From an uncultured Chromatiales bacterium (lineage in GTDB: Bacteria > Bacteroidota > Ignavibacteria > SZUA-365): a stretch of DNA of 64,000 nt. The DNA lies in assembly GCA_964448285.1 (NCBI GenBank), contig CAYUWG010000004.1, forward strand, positions 35,314 to 99,313, written 5' to 3'. The notes beneath the pieces are model-generated. The model searched no databases. It was given only the letters and a program-made list of their open reading frames with translations, and was not told the DNA's origin. The translations under genes were made by a program, and so were the position numbers. Shown one piece after another: positions 52,108-60,227 of the stretch. Every line of letters begins with the position of its first letter. The stretch's first letter is position 1.

Positions 52108-53301
52108 TCAGACAACCCCAAGTACGATCACAGAAGCTACCGCGCCGGGGCCGCCGATGTTATGCGTCAGACCGAGCCGGGCGTTAGGGATTTGTCTTTC
52201 ACCGGCAGTGCCTCGCAGGTGTTCGGTGATTTCGCAAACCATGCGAATGCCCGTCGCACCGACTGGGTGACCGCAGGAAAGTAATCCGCCGCTCACGTTT
52301 ATCGGAATTTCGCCGTCACGCAACGTCGCACCCGAACGGATAAGCTCCTTCCCTTCACCTGCCGCACAAAAGCCGAGGTCTTCGTAAGTAAGAAGCTCGA
52401 CAATGGAAAAGCAATCATGAACTTCCGCAAGATCAATCTGTTCACGCGGGTTCGTAATGTCCGCTTCATCATACGCCTTTCGCGCAGCAACCTGCGTTGC
52501 TCGAAACGACAGGAGATCATACGACGCATCGAAGTACGGCAAATCCCACCCCGACGAGACGGAAACTCCGAGCCCCTTGAGATAGATCGGTGATCCGGAA
52601 AATTTCTGCGCGTCTTCACTGCGCACGAGTATCACCGCTGCTGCTCCATCGGTTGTCGGGCAAGAGTCCATGACCGTGAGCGGGTCGGCGACGATGGGCG
52701 ATTGCAATACCTGTTCGATCGTAACAGCTTTCCTGTGATGGGCTTTCGGATTGAGGCAGGCATTCGCATGGTTCTTCACGCTGATGGCGGCGAGGTCTTC
52801 GCGCGTGACACCGAATTTTTCGAAGTGCCTGCTTGCGTACATCGCGAACGTCCCCGCCGCTGTGAAGCCTTTCTGATAGAACGGATGCCCCATCTCAACC
52901 ATCATCTTCACGATGCTGTCCTGCGGACTGCGGTCGCGTAGTTTTTCCACACCGAGCGCCAGCGCGACGTTGCATTCACCGGCGAGCAGCGCGTTCACAG
53001 CACCGCGAATGGCTTCGGCCCCCGTCGTACAGTAATTCGAAACGCGAATGATCGGAATATCGAACAGCCCGAGCGGCTCCGCGAGGTCCATCCCTGAACG
53101 CCCTTTGTAAATACCCGCTTCCGGAAATGCAGTGCCGAGCCATGCGGCATCTATCACACTCAGCGGAATCCCCGCATCGTTTACGGCAGCACGCGCAGCC
53201 TCCGCGACGAGGTCATCGTAGCTCTTTTCGAACTGTTCACCGAACTTCGTCCACCCCACACCGACGATGCAAACTTTATCCTTCAAGCGCTTCTCAGCCA
53301 T
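52108..53301 (-). CDS. SCP-x / archaeal-type thiolase (thiolase domain protein)
   Basis: 397 aa with a nucleophile Cys context (RVSNYCTTGAEAI) and C-terminal GGLLSCGHPVGATG and HNIGGPG motifs. Confidence 0.88.
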   Translation of the reverse strand: MAEKRLKDKVCIVGVGWTKFGEQFEKSYDDLVAEAARAAVNDAGIPLSVIDAAWLGTAFPEAGIYKGRSGMDLAEPLGLFDIPIIRVSNYCTTGAEAIRGAVNALLAGECNVALALGVEKLRDRSPQDSIVKMMVEMGHPFYQKGFTAAGTFAMYASRHFEKFGVTREDLAAISVKNHANACLNPKAHHRKAVTIEQVLQSPIVADPLTVMDSCPTTDGAAAVILVRSEDAQKFSGSPIYLKGLGVSVSSGWDLPYFDASYDLLSFRATQVAARKAYDEADITNPREQIDLAEVHDCFSIVELLTYEDLGFCAAGEGKELIRSGATLRDGEIPINVSGGLLSCGHPVGATGIRMVCEITEHLRGTAGERQIPNARLGLTHNIGGPGAVASVIVLGVV

Positions 53302-53351
53302 CTACTCTCCGAAACTGATTTCGTCCCCATCTTCTCTCGTACATCATGTAC

Positions 53352-54761
53352 TCATGCTCCTTTCGTGACTTCAACCGGTCGGCACTTCCAAAAGTAGTTC
53401 GGGAAGTTTCCCGCATCGTGATAGCGCCGAAGGACAAGTTCCACACGGTCTCCGATTTCCATCGGGATGTTTTCGTCCGTGACCTGAAGCGTCAAGCGTC
53501 CTCCTCCATCGAGATCGATAGTCGCCATTCCAAGAGGCGGTTCGGGCGTCGGGAAATAATGCTCATGCGTGATTGCATAGACCGCCCCGTTGCGTTGCAA
53601 AGGGTAGTTCTCAAGTTTTTCACTGCGGCATGAGGGACACGATGGAATAGGTAGCGTAACCACCGCACCGCACGAAGCGCAGCGAAGGGCTTTCAAGTTC
53701 AACCAGAGTTGCCTGTTCCGCTCTGACATGATCTCAGATGTAAAACCGGCGCTGGTACCCTCAGCACCTGCATGAAGCTGATGGAGGCTGAGATAGCGAT
53801 TGTATGAAATCTGATAAGACTGCTTCAGAGCTATCCTGAAGGGCGATCGTTTCGGCTGTTCTTTCATTCGCAGCGCAAAACCATCCGCACCATCGCCATA
53901 ACCGATAACGCACAAGCGCTCATCCGATTTCGAGCGTTCCATTGCCGCACACATCATCAGCAGCGTATGCGGCGCACCGGTCAATCCTAACTGTGAACTC
54001 GCGAGATCGATGTATTGCGTTTTCACATCGAAGCCGCTCTCTCTGAGTATGCCACTCCCGCTCTTCACATCGGGACTGTACACGATAACCTTCGAGACTT
54101 CTTCAGGCTTCCATCCCGTCGCGGTGAGCAACGCCTGGATGACATTCTTCACTGGCTGCTTGTACGCGCCTTCCCTTGCGAAGCGCTGGTCGGCGTTGCG
54201 TGGAAAGCGTTCGAGCGCGAGACGCCATGTATCAGGTTGCGCGGAATTCGATTCCACGTTTGTGATAATCTCCACGAGACAGTCTTCCGTGCTCACAAGA
54301 AGCGCCACACCTGCGTGGCCGAAAAGGATTTCATCTGACGCACCAGGTTTCTGAACGCGCGTATCTGCTGCGACGATGAGAACGTTGCGGCAGACCCCGG
54401 CTTCGATCCAGTCGCGAGCGACGGCCAATGCTTTCGTGCCGCTGCGCAAAGAAGAATTGAGGTCGAGTATGCGCGTTCTCGGATCGAGGTCGAGAATCGA
54501 AGCGAGCATTGTTGCACTCGATTTTTCAGAGAAGGGCGCCGTTGTCGTTGCGAAGATCAGACCATCGATTCGTGTCGATGCAACCTCCTTCAGTGCATCG
54601 AATGACGCATAAGCAGCGAGCGTAATGGCATCCTCATCATGGCCGGCAATTGCGCGCGCGCCTTGCATTGATGGCCGGTTCCAGGCGTTTTGTGTCTCGG
54701 CGTTGAGAAGTCTTCGCCTGCAAAGCGCGACTCCCCACGAGGCAATTCCGGCGCTGTTCAT
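53352..54761 (-). CDS. HMG-CoA synthase/KAS-III-like domain fused to a DUF35 (Zn-ribbon + OB-fold) domain
   Basis: 469 aa. The N-terminal ~340 aa resemble archaeal HMGCS (DEDAITLA, ADTRVQKPGASDEILFGHAGVA, VIGYGDGADG). The C-terminus has CASCGAVV...CPSC followed by an OB-fold (MATIDLDGGGRLTLQV...GDRVELV). Confidence 0.75.
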   Translation of the reverse strand: MNSAGIASWGVALCRRRLLNAETQNAWNRPSMQGARAIAGHDEDAITLAAYASFDALKEVASTRIDGLIFATTTAPFSEKSSATMLASILDLDPRTRILDLNSSLRSGTKALAVARDWIEAGVCRNVLIVAADTRVQKPGASDEILFGHAGVALLVSTEDCLVEIITNVESNSAQPDTWRLALERFPRNADQRFAREGAYKQPVKNVIQALLTATGWKPEEVSKVIVYSPDVKSGSGILRESGFDVKTQYIDLASSQLGLTGAPHTLLMMCAAMERSKSDERLCVIGYGDGADGFALRMKEQPKRSPFRIALKQSYQISYNRYLSLHQLHAGAEGTSAGFTSEIMSERNRQLWLNLKALRCASCGAVVTLPIPSCPSCRSEKLENYPLQRNGAVYAITHEHYFPTPEPPLGMATIDLDGGGRLTLQVTDENIPMEIGDRVELVLRRYHDAGNFPNYFWKCRPVEVTKGA

Positions 54762-55897
54762 TCCGTCATCTCTCTGGCGATGAGGAGTTTGAGTATTTCG
54801 CTCGTTCCCCCGCCGATAAGGGTGAAGCGGATGTCTCGGAGATACCGTTGTATCGGATATTCCATTGCATATCCGTAAGACGCGAAGATGCGCGCTGCCT
54901 TGTCACAGATGTCTAATGCGCATTCCGTTGCGAACAGCTTTGCCATCGCAGCGATGCGTGTGATCTCTTCACCGCTGTCTTTCATCCTCGCGGCATAGCG
55001 AACGAGTTGCGTTGCTGCTTCGAGGTCCGTGCCCATTTCCGCGAGTTTCAGTTGTATCGCTTGGAAGCGATTGATCGGCTTCCCAAACTGCTGGCGCTCA
55101 TTCGCATAGCGCAGTGAATCCGCTAACGCCGCACGTGCAACGCCAAGCGCAAGCGCTCCGGTCATTATGCGAATGTCGGAAAGGATTTCCCGCAGACGCG
55201 ACTCCCCTTCGCCTTCATCTCCAAGTCGATGATCGTCGGGAACGAAGCAATCTGTGAACGACACCTCGGACGTTGGCGAGGCCCACACACCAAGTTTCTC
55301 GATCGTACGACCAACGTGTAATCCGCTGAACTCCTTTTCGACAAGAAAGATCGTCAGCCTCTTGTCGTCACCGCAGCGCGCGAAGACCGTGAAGAAATCC
55401 GCCACGGGCGCGGCTGTGATCCACATCTTCTGGCCGTTCAAGCGATATCCTCCGTCAGCTTTCACCGCAGTCGTCGCTATGGACGAAAGGTCACTCCCGG
55501 CGTTTGGCTCCGTGATGCAGATCGTTCCGATTTTTTCCCCAAGAAGAGCGGGCGAAAAAAGACGCTTGCGGATGTCGTCGTTGCCGAGCGCGAAGAGAAA
55601 GTGCGTCCCCATCAGCGACTGCATCGCGGCGCATGCGGCAAGCGAAAGTGAACCGCGTGCGATCTCTTCGATAGCGAAACAGAACGTGAGGAAGTCCACA
55701 CCTGCACCCCCGACGGATTCGGGATAGCGTAAGCCGAAGAATCCCATATCGGCGAGTTCGATGAACAGTGCGCGCGGAAATTCCTTCGCGTCATCCAACG
55801 CGGCAGCGACCGGCTTTACTCGCTCGTCAGAAAATCGTGCGAATGTCTCCCTGATGAGGTTCTGTTCTTCAGTCAGATGATTGTTCATCCTGATCAT
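54758..55897 (-). CDS. acyl-CoA dehydrogenase-fold flavoprotein
   Basis: 379 aa with the typical ACAD N-, middle and C-terminal domains (CITEPNAGSDL, YPIQRYLRDIRFTLIGGGTSEI). Confidence 0.85.
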   Translation of the reverse strand: MIRMNNHLTEEQNLIRETFARFSDERVKPVAAALDDAKEFPRALFIELADMGFFGLRYPESVGGAGVDFLTFCFAIEEIARGSLSLAACAAMQSLMGTHFLFALGNDDIRKRLFSPALLGEKIGTICITEPNAGSDLSSIATTAVKADGGYRLNGQKMWITAAPVADFFTVFARCGDDKRLTIFLVEKEFSGLHVGRTIEKLGVWASPTSEVSFTDCFVPDDHRLGDEGEGESRLREILSDIRIMTGALALGVARAALADSLRYANERQQFGKPINRFQAIQLKLAEMGTDLEAATQLVRYAARMKDSGEEITRIAAMAKLFATECALDICDKAARIFASYGYAMEYPIQRYLRDIRFTLIGGGTSEILKLLIAREMTE

Positions 55898-56375
55898 TCA
55901 TCCAGAATCTTCTCAGACAGCAGCCTCCACCGGCGGGGAGTGATGTTACCGTTTCAAAATGGAGGCGCGTCCCAAGTGCGGCGTTTACTTCATCGACAAC
56001 CGTCTTCAGCCAGTGGTCACATCCGATTTGGTCTTCGTGCAGGAGTCCTTCCCGTTGATGCCAATGGTACCACGGGCAATCGTTGTGACGTGCCTGGTGT
56101 TTTCCATCCGTTGTCGATTCGAGCAACTCTGCATCTTCGCCCATTGCCTGACTGCTCGAAACGAAAAGCTGCGCAACTTGCGCTGCAACATCTCCCTGAG
56201 GATCGATCTTCCTGAGATAAAACTTTGCAGTGTCCTTTCCGACTTCTTCCCAATACTTCTTCACCAACTCGACCGGATCGAGATCGGGATTCAACGCGAG
56301 CGCCGCACGCCGCCATTCGAAATGCGATGCTCGCATGATCCCCGAAAGAATTTCCAATTTCTTCGCATCATCCAT
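55869..56375 (-). CDS. small Cys/His-rich protein (possibly ATC-hydrolase-like family)
   Basis: About 168 aa from the internal Met. It contains HNDCPWYHWH...IGCDHW...LPAGGGCCLRRF and overlaps both neighbouring genes. The family assignment is from memory only. Confidence 0.5.
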   Translation of the reverse strand: MDDAKKLEILSGIMRASHFEWRRAALALNPDLDPVELVKKYWEEVGKDTAKFYLRKIDPQGDVAAQVAQLFVSSSQAMGEDAELLESTTDGKHQARHNDCPWYHWHQREGLLHEDQIGCDHWLKTVVDEVNAALGTRLHFETVTSLPAGGGCCLRRFWMNDQDEQSSD

Positions 56376-58107
56376 TGTCGTTCCTCCGAAGTGCTGCCGT
56401 CGCTTCTTCATCTACTGTGTATGTCTCCGGATCGATCACCACACCGTAGTCGTTTCGCGCGACATCGAAAGAAAGGACGCCATTACGCACGTCGCGTAAT
56501 ACACGCTCGACGGGGCGCAATCGCGGATCGCTAAATCCTCCCCCACCTCCTGCATGCTGATGATAGATCGTTCCCTTCGGGACGCCGGTAAAGAGATCGA
56601 GCCCGAGCGGTTTTTTCTCCGAGCCATCCGGGAATTTCAGCGTGATGGAATTGAGTGATCCTGCTTCACCTCCGTTGAGTCCGAATGCCGGTTCCTCATC
56701 GCCATCACCAAAGAGGACAAGCTGCGTGTTGTCGTTGCCGATTTCGAATATCGTTTCCACACCGAGGCCGCCCCGCCACTGACCGGCGCCCGCAGAGTCA
56801 CAGAAGTATTCATGCTTCAGAAGTAGATGCGGTGTTTGCTGTTCGAACATCTCATAGTCCTGATCGAGTAAGCCGCCGGAAGCGTCTATCATCCCGATGT
56901 GATCATAGCCATCGACTCCGTGCATCGCGCCGGAGCCACCTTTCAAACCCATGAAACAGATATCGACGTACTTGTCATTCTTGCGCGGATCGATGCCTGT
57001 AGTGAGCGAACAGAGCAGGTGATTCCATCCGGCTGTGATGCGATCCGGAATGACGTTTTGAAGCGCGCGTGAAATTGCGTCGGCGTTGTTCGGGCAGAGG
57101 TGGTTGCCGTATGTCGTCGCCGCGGGATAGGATGCATTGAGAATCGTTCCCTCGGGAATGATGATCTCGATCGGTTCAACCATTCCCTGATTATGCGGAA
57201 TATCGGGATTCACCATTTGGAGAAACGTCAGAACCGTCGCAGAAGCGCTCGATGTATAGGTTCCGTTGACGAACGCATTCGTTTGCGCGTCAGTCCCGGT
57301 GTAATCGAAGCGAATGCGATCGTCGCTCACGGTGATCTCGACACGGATCGTGTAGCGCTTACCGACGTTCCTGCCATCGTAATACACGAGTGATTCGCCG
57401 TGATAAACACCGTTCGGAATTGCAGCAATTTCCGCTTCCATCATTTTGCGCGTCGCGTCGAAGAGTGCGCGCTTGTGTGTCTCGTATCGTTCAACGCCGT
57501 ATTTCTCAAGGAGCTTGACCATGCGCCGTTCACCGACGATGCACGAACCGATTTCTGCACGCATGTCTTCTTCCACCATCGGAAACCGAATGTTCGCGAA
57601 GATCATCTCCCATACGTCCTTGCGAAGCTTTCCTTTCTCGTAGACTTTCACGGGTGGAATGCGCAACGCCTCCTGCCAGACTTCCGTCGCATTCGGATTA
57701 TAGCCGCCTGCGACCGCGCCGCCGATGTCCGCCTGGTGTCCCTTGCAGGCTGACCATGCGACGAGCTTGTCTTCGAAGAAGATCGGCTTATAGACCGCAA
57801 CGTCGTTGTTCTGATTACCCATGCTGAAAACGTCATTATGGAAAATCACGTCGCCGGGGTGGATGTCGTCACCGAAGTAGTTGATAATGTATTTGCAGAC
57901 GGGGCCGAGCGAGAACGAGAGGATCGGGAGGTTCTCAGTCTGTTCGAGCATGTTTCCTCCTGCATCGTAGAGACCCGTGACGAAGTCCTTCGCTTCGCAA
58001 AGGATCGGTGAGCGCGTCGTCTTTTGCAGCGATATGCTCATCTCACTCGTGATCGATTTGAATGCACGCGCAAAGACGGAGAGAAGAATCGGATCGACGT
58101 TGCTCAT
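56368..58107 (-). CDS. hydantoinase B/oxoprolinase family protein (HyuB-like)
   Basis: 579 aa. The N-terminus (DPILLSVFARAFKSITSEMSISLQKT) and overall length match HyuB/caprolactamase-beta-type subunits. Confidence 0.9.
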   Translation of the reverse strand: MSNVDPILLSVFARAFKSITSEMSISLQKTTRSPILCEAKDFVTGLYDAGGNMLEQTENLPILSFSLGPVCKYIINYFGDDIHPGDVIFHNDVFSMGNQNNDVAVYKPIFFEDKLVAWSACKGHQADIGGAVAGGYNPNATEVWQEALRIPPVKVYEKGKLRKDVWEMIFANIRFPMVEEDMRAEIGSCIVGERRMVKLLEKYGVERYETHKRALFDATRKMMEAEIAAIPNGVYHGESLVYYDGRNVGKRYTIRVEITVSDDRIRFDYTGTDAQTNAFVNGTYTSSASATVLTFLQMVNPDIPHNQGMVEPIEIIIPEGTILNASYPAATTYGNHLCPNNADAISRALQNVIPDRITAGWNHLLCSLTTGIDPRKNDKYVDICFMGLKGGSGAMHGVDGYDHIGMIDASGGLLDQDYEMFEQQTPHLLLKHEYFCDSAGAGQWRGGLGVETIFEIGNDNTQLVLFGDGDEEPAFGLNGGEAGSLNSITLKFPDGSEKKPLGLDLFTGVPKGTIYHQHAGGGGGFSDPRLRPVERVLRDVRNGVLSFDVARNDYGVVIDPETYTVDEEATAALRRNDNG

Positions 58108-60227
58108 GAAATCGACTCCTGGAGTTTCGCGTGTTTCGCAATCCGAGCAAGATGTTCATGTCCTTTTTGATAGATGACGAACGAACCGTATTTGTCGCAG
58201 ACGGAATCGTATGAACCGCTCACGAAGATCGTCGTGTTCACCTGCTCGATGATTGCCGGACCGTGAATGCGATTTCCGAACTGTGTCGAATGCCCGTCAT
58301 ACACGGGAATGGTGAGAAATGCATTCTCCTCCGGAATGAACACTGCACGCTCGGTTTTGAGTGCGTTGCTCGCGTCCTCGCCTGCGTATTCTTCTTCACG
58401 ATAGGCTGGCTTTTCCGTAACGCCGACAGCTCTCACACGGATGTTGATCAACTCGATCGGAGTGTTTTCCGCTTCAAGTGAATATCCGAACATCCTGTTA
58501 TGCTCGATATGGAAAGGAGCCATGATGGCGGAAAGATCGCGTCGCCGGATTGTGTCGATCGGCACGTCGAAAGAGACTTCGTGATACTGCTTCACGTAAC
58601 GGCAGTCCAACTTCAACTGGAAGCGCCTGCGATCCTCTTCGATCTTTTCTTCAGCGAGAATACTCCGTCCATCGCTGAGCATCTCATCGATGATCGTACT
58701 GAGTCGCTCCCAGTCGAGTTTGTTCAACGGTGTAACGAATGACCGAACGAAATCATGCTGCAGATCGCTCATGAGCATCCCGGCTGCGCAGAAGATCGAC
58801 GATTCGCGAGGAACGATGAACATGGGGATTTCGAGTTCGTGACAGATCATGCATGAGTGAATCGGTCCGGCACCGCCTGCGACTACCATCGGAAACTCAC
58901 GTGGATCGTACCCTCGCTTGATCGTGATCTCGCGAACGCCTTGCGCCATGTTGGTATTGATGACGCGATACATACCTGCCGCCGTTTCTTCGACTGAGAG
59001 TTTCAAGAGCTTCGCGATGCTTTCGATCGCACTCCTCGCTGACTCAACCTCGAGTTTCATTTTCCCGCCGGCAAAGAATTCCGGATCGAGATAGCCGAGA
59101 ACGAGATCGGCGTCTGTGCACGTCGGGAGGATTCCACCTCGACCATAACAAGCGGGACCGGGTGATGCGCCTGCACTCTGCGGACCCATTCGCAGCAATC
59201 CTCCTTCATCGATCCATCCGATGCTGCCTCCGCCGGCGCCGATCGTAACGATGCCCAGCATGGGAAGTGCGATGCGATAGCGATTGATCTCCCCTTCCGT
59301 TTCCACGATGGGCGAACCATCGAGCACGAGCGCCGCATCGAAGCTCGTCCCTCCCATATCGACGGTTACGCAGCTTTCGTGTCCGTGTGCGCGAACGTAT
59401 TCAAGTCCGGCGCCGGGACCCGCGGCGGGACCGGAGAGTAACGTCATCGATGCATGTCGCCGAGCGACTTCCGGCGAAACGACTCCACCGTTCGACTGCA
59501 TGATCAGTAGCACACCGCGGAATCCAATCGCATGAAGGCGCGATTGAAGGCTTGCGATATACGAATCGAGAATCGGTCCGACATAGGAGTTCAGCACGGT
59601 CGTGCTAACACGGTCGTAAAAACGTACCGACGGCAGTAACTCGGATGACACCGTGAGATACGCATCCGGCATTTCCTTGCGAACGATTTCCGCCGCGCGT
59701 TCTTCGTGTTGTGCATTCGCAAAAGAATTCATGAAACAGATTGCGACCGCATCGATCGCTTCTCTCCTGAAAAGTCGGATTGCCGAAAGAACATCATCCT
59801 CATCTAACGGATGGATTTCTTCGCCGCAATAATCCAACCGTCCCTTCACACCGATGCGCAGATAGCGTTCGACAAGAGGCGGGACGTTCGTGTAGCGATT
59901 GTTGTACTGTTCCTCGCGGATCCCGCGCCTCATTTCCAAAGCATCCCGCACTCCGGCAGTCGTGACGAGGCCGGTCTTCGCACCGGACATCGTCAGTGTC
60001 GCATTCGTCGTGACTGTGGTTCCATGCACGATCGTAGCGATCGTAGGCGCGAAATCTTCCAGCGAAAGATTTCTGCTCACTGCGATTTCGTTCAAACCAT
60101 TGAGAAGTCCGATTGACGGGTCTCCGGGTGTGGAGAGCACTTTGTAAATGCGCGGCTCTTCTCCATCGGCTGTGAGAAGAAAGTCCGTGAACGTTCCGCC
60201 AACGTCGATTCCAATCTTCAATGCCAT
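58104..60227 (-). CDS. hydantoinase A/oxoprolinase family protein (HyuA-like, ATP-binding)
   Basis: 707 aa with ASKHA-fold motifs (IGIDVGGTFTDF, VDMGGTSFD). It overlaps hyuB by 4 nt. Confidence 0.9.
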   Translation of the reverse strand: MALKIGIDVGGTFTDFLLTADGEEPRIYKVLSTPGDPSIGLLNGLNEIAVSRNLSLEDFAPTIATIVHGTTVTTNATLTMSGAKTGLVTTAGVRDALEMRRGIREEQYNNRYTNVPPLVERYLRIGVKGRLDYCGEEIHPLDEDDVLSAIRLFRREAIDAVAICFMNSFANAQHEERAAEIVRKEMPDAYLTVSSELLPSVRFYDRVSTTVLNSYVGPILDSYIASLQSRLHAIGFRGVLLIMQSNGGVVSPEVARRHASMTLLSGPAAGPGAGLEYVRAHGHESCVTVDMGGTSFDAALVLDGSPIVETEGEINRYRIALPMLGIVTIGAGGGSIGWIDEGGLLRMGPQSAGASPGPACYGRGGILPTCTDADLVLGYLDPEFFAGGKMKLEVESARSAIESIAKLLKLSVEETAAGMYRVINTNMAQGVREITIKRGYDPREFPMVVAGGAGPIHSCMICHELEIPMFIVPRESSIFCAAGMLMSDLQHDFVRSFVTPLNKLDWERLSTIIDEMLSDGRSILAEEKIEEDRRRFQLKLDCRYVKQYHEVSFDVPIDTIRRRDLSAIMAPFHIEHNRMFGYSLEAENTPIELINIRVRAVGVTEKPAYREEEYAGEDASNALKTERAVFIPEENAFLTIPVYDGHSTQFGNRIHGPAIIEQVNTTIFVSGSYDSVCDKYGSFVIYQKGHEHLARIAKHAKLQESIS

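Larger units (their letters stand above)
51635..52116. repeat. intergenic array of MITE/REP-like units (direct unit A x5, inverted partner B x3, 33-nt core x2, 21-nt tandem tails)
   Basis: Unit A (GTCTGAACTGGGATTTACTTGATTC.TTCGATTACCAGGA) starts at 51635, 51677, 51713, 51860 and 51985. Unit B (AATCCTGGAAATCCTTTAATCCCAGAAATC..GTTCAGACAA) starts at 51767, 51934 and 52059. Tails of GGTTCAGACAA(C) lie at 51799, 51820, 51841, 52091 and 52105. Confidence 0.88.

Noticed and set aside
51635-52116. Could the repeat array be a CRISPR array?
   Set aside because: The first three repeats are directly adjacent with essentially no spacers. Spacing elsewhere is irregular (42, 36, 147 and 125 nt). The sequences between repeats are themselves repeated (the B unit and the core). 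The units form inverted pairs, and no cas genes are nearby.
52108-54761. Thiolase plus HMGCS-like plus DUF35 as a mevalonate-pathway entry module.
   Set aside because: The HMGCS-like domain appears to lack the catalytic Cys and Glu. No mevalonate kinase or HMG-CoA reductase genes are adjacent. The window also encodes dxs (MEP pathway).
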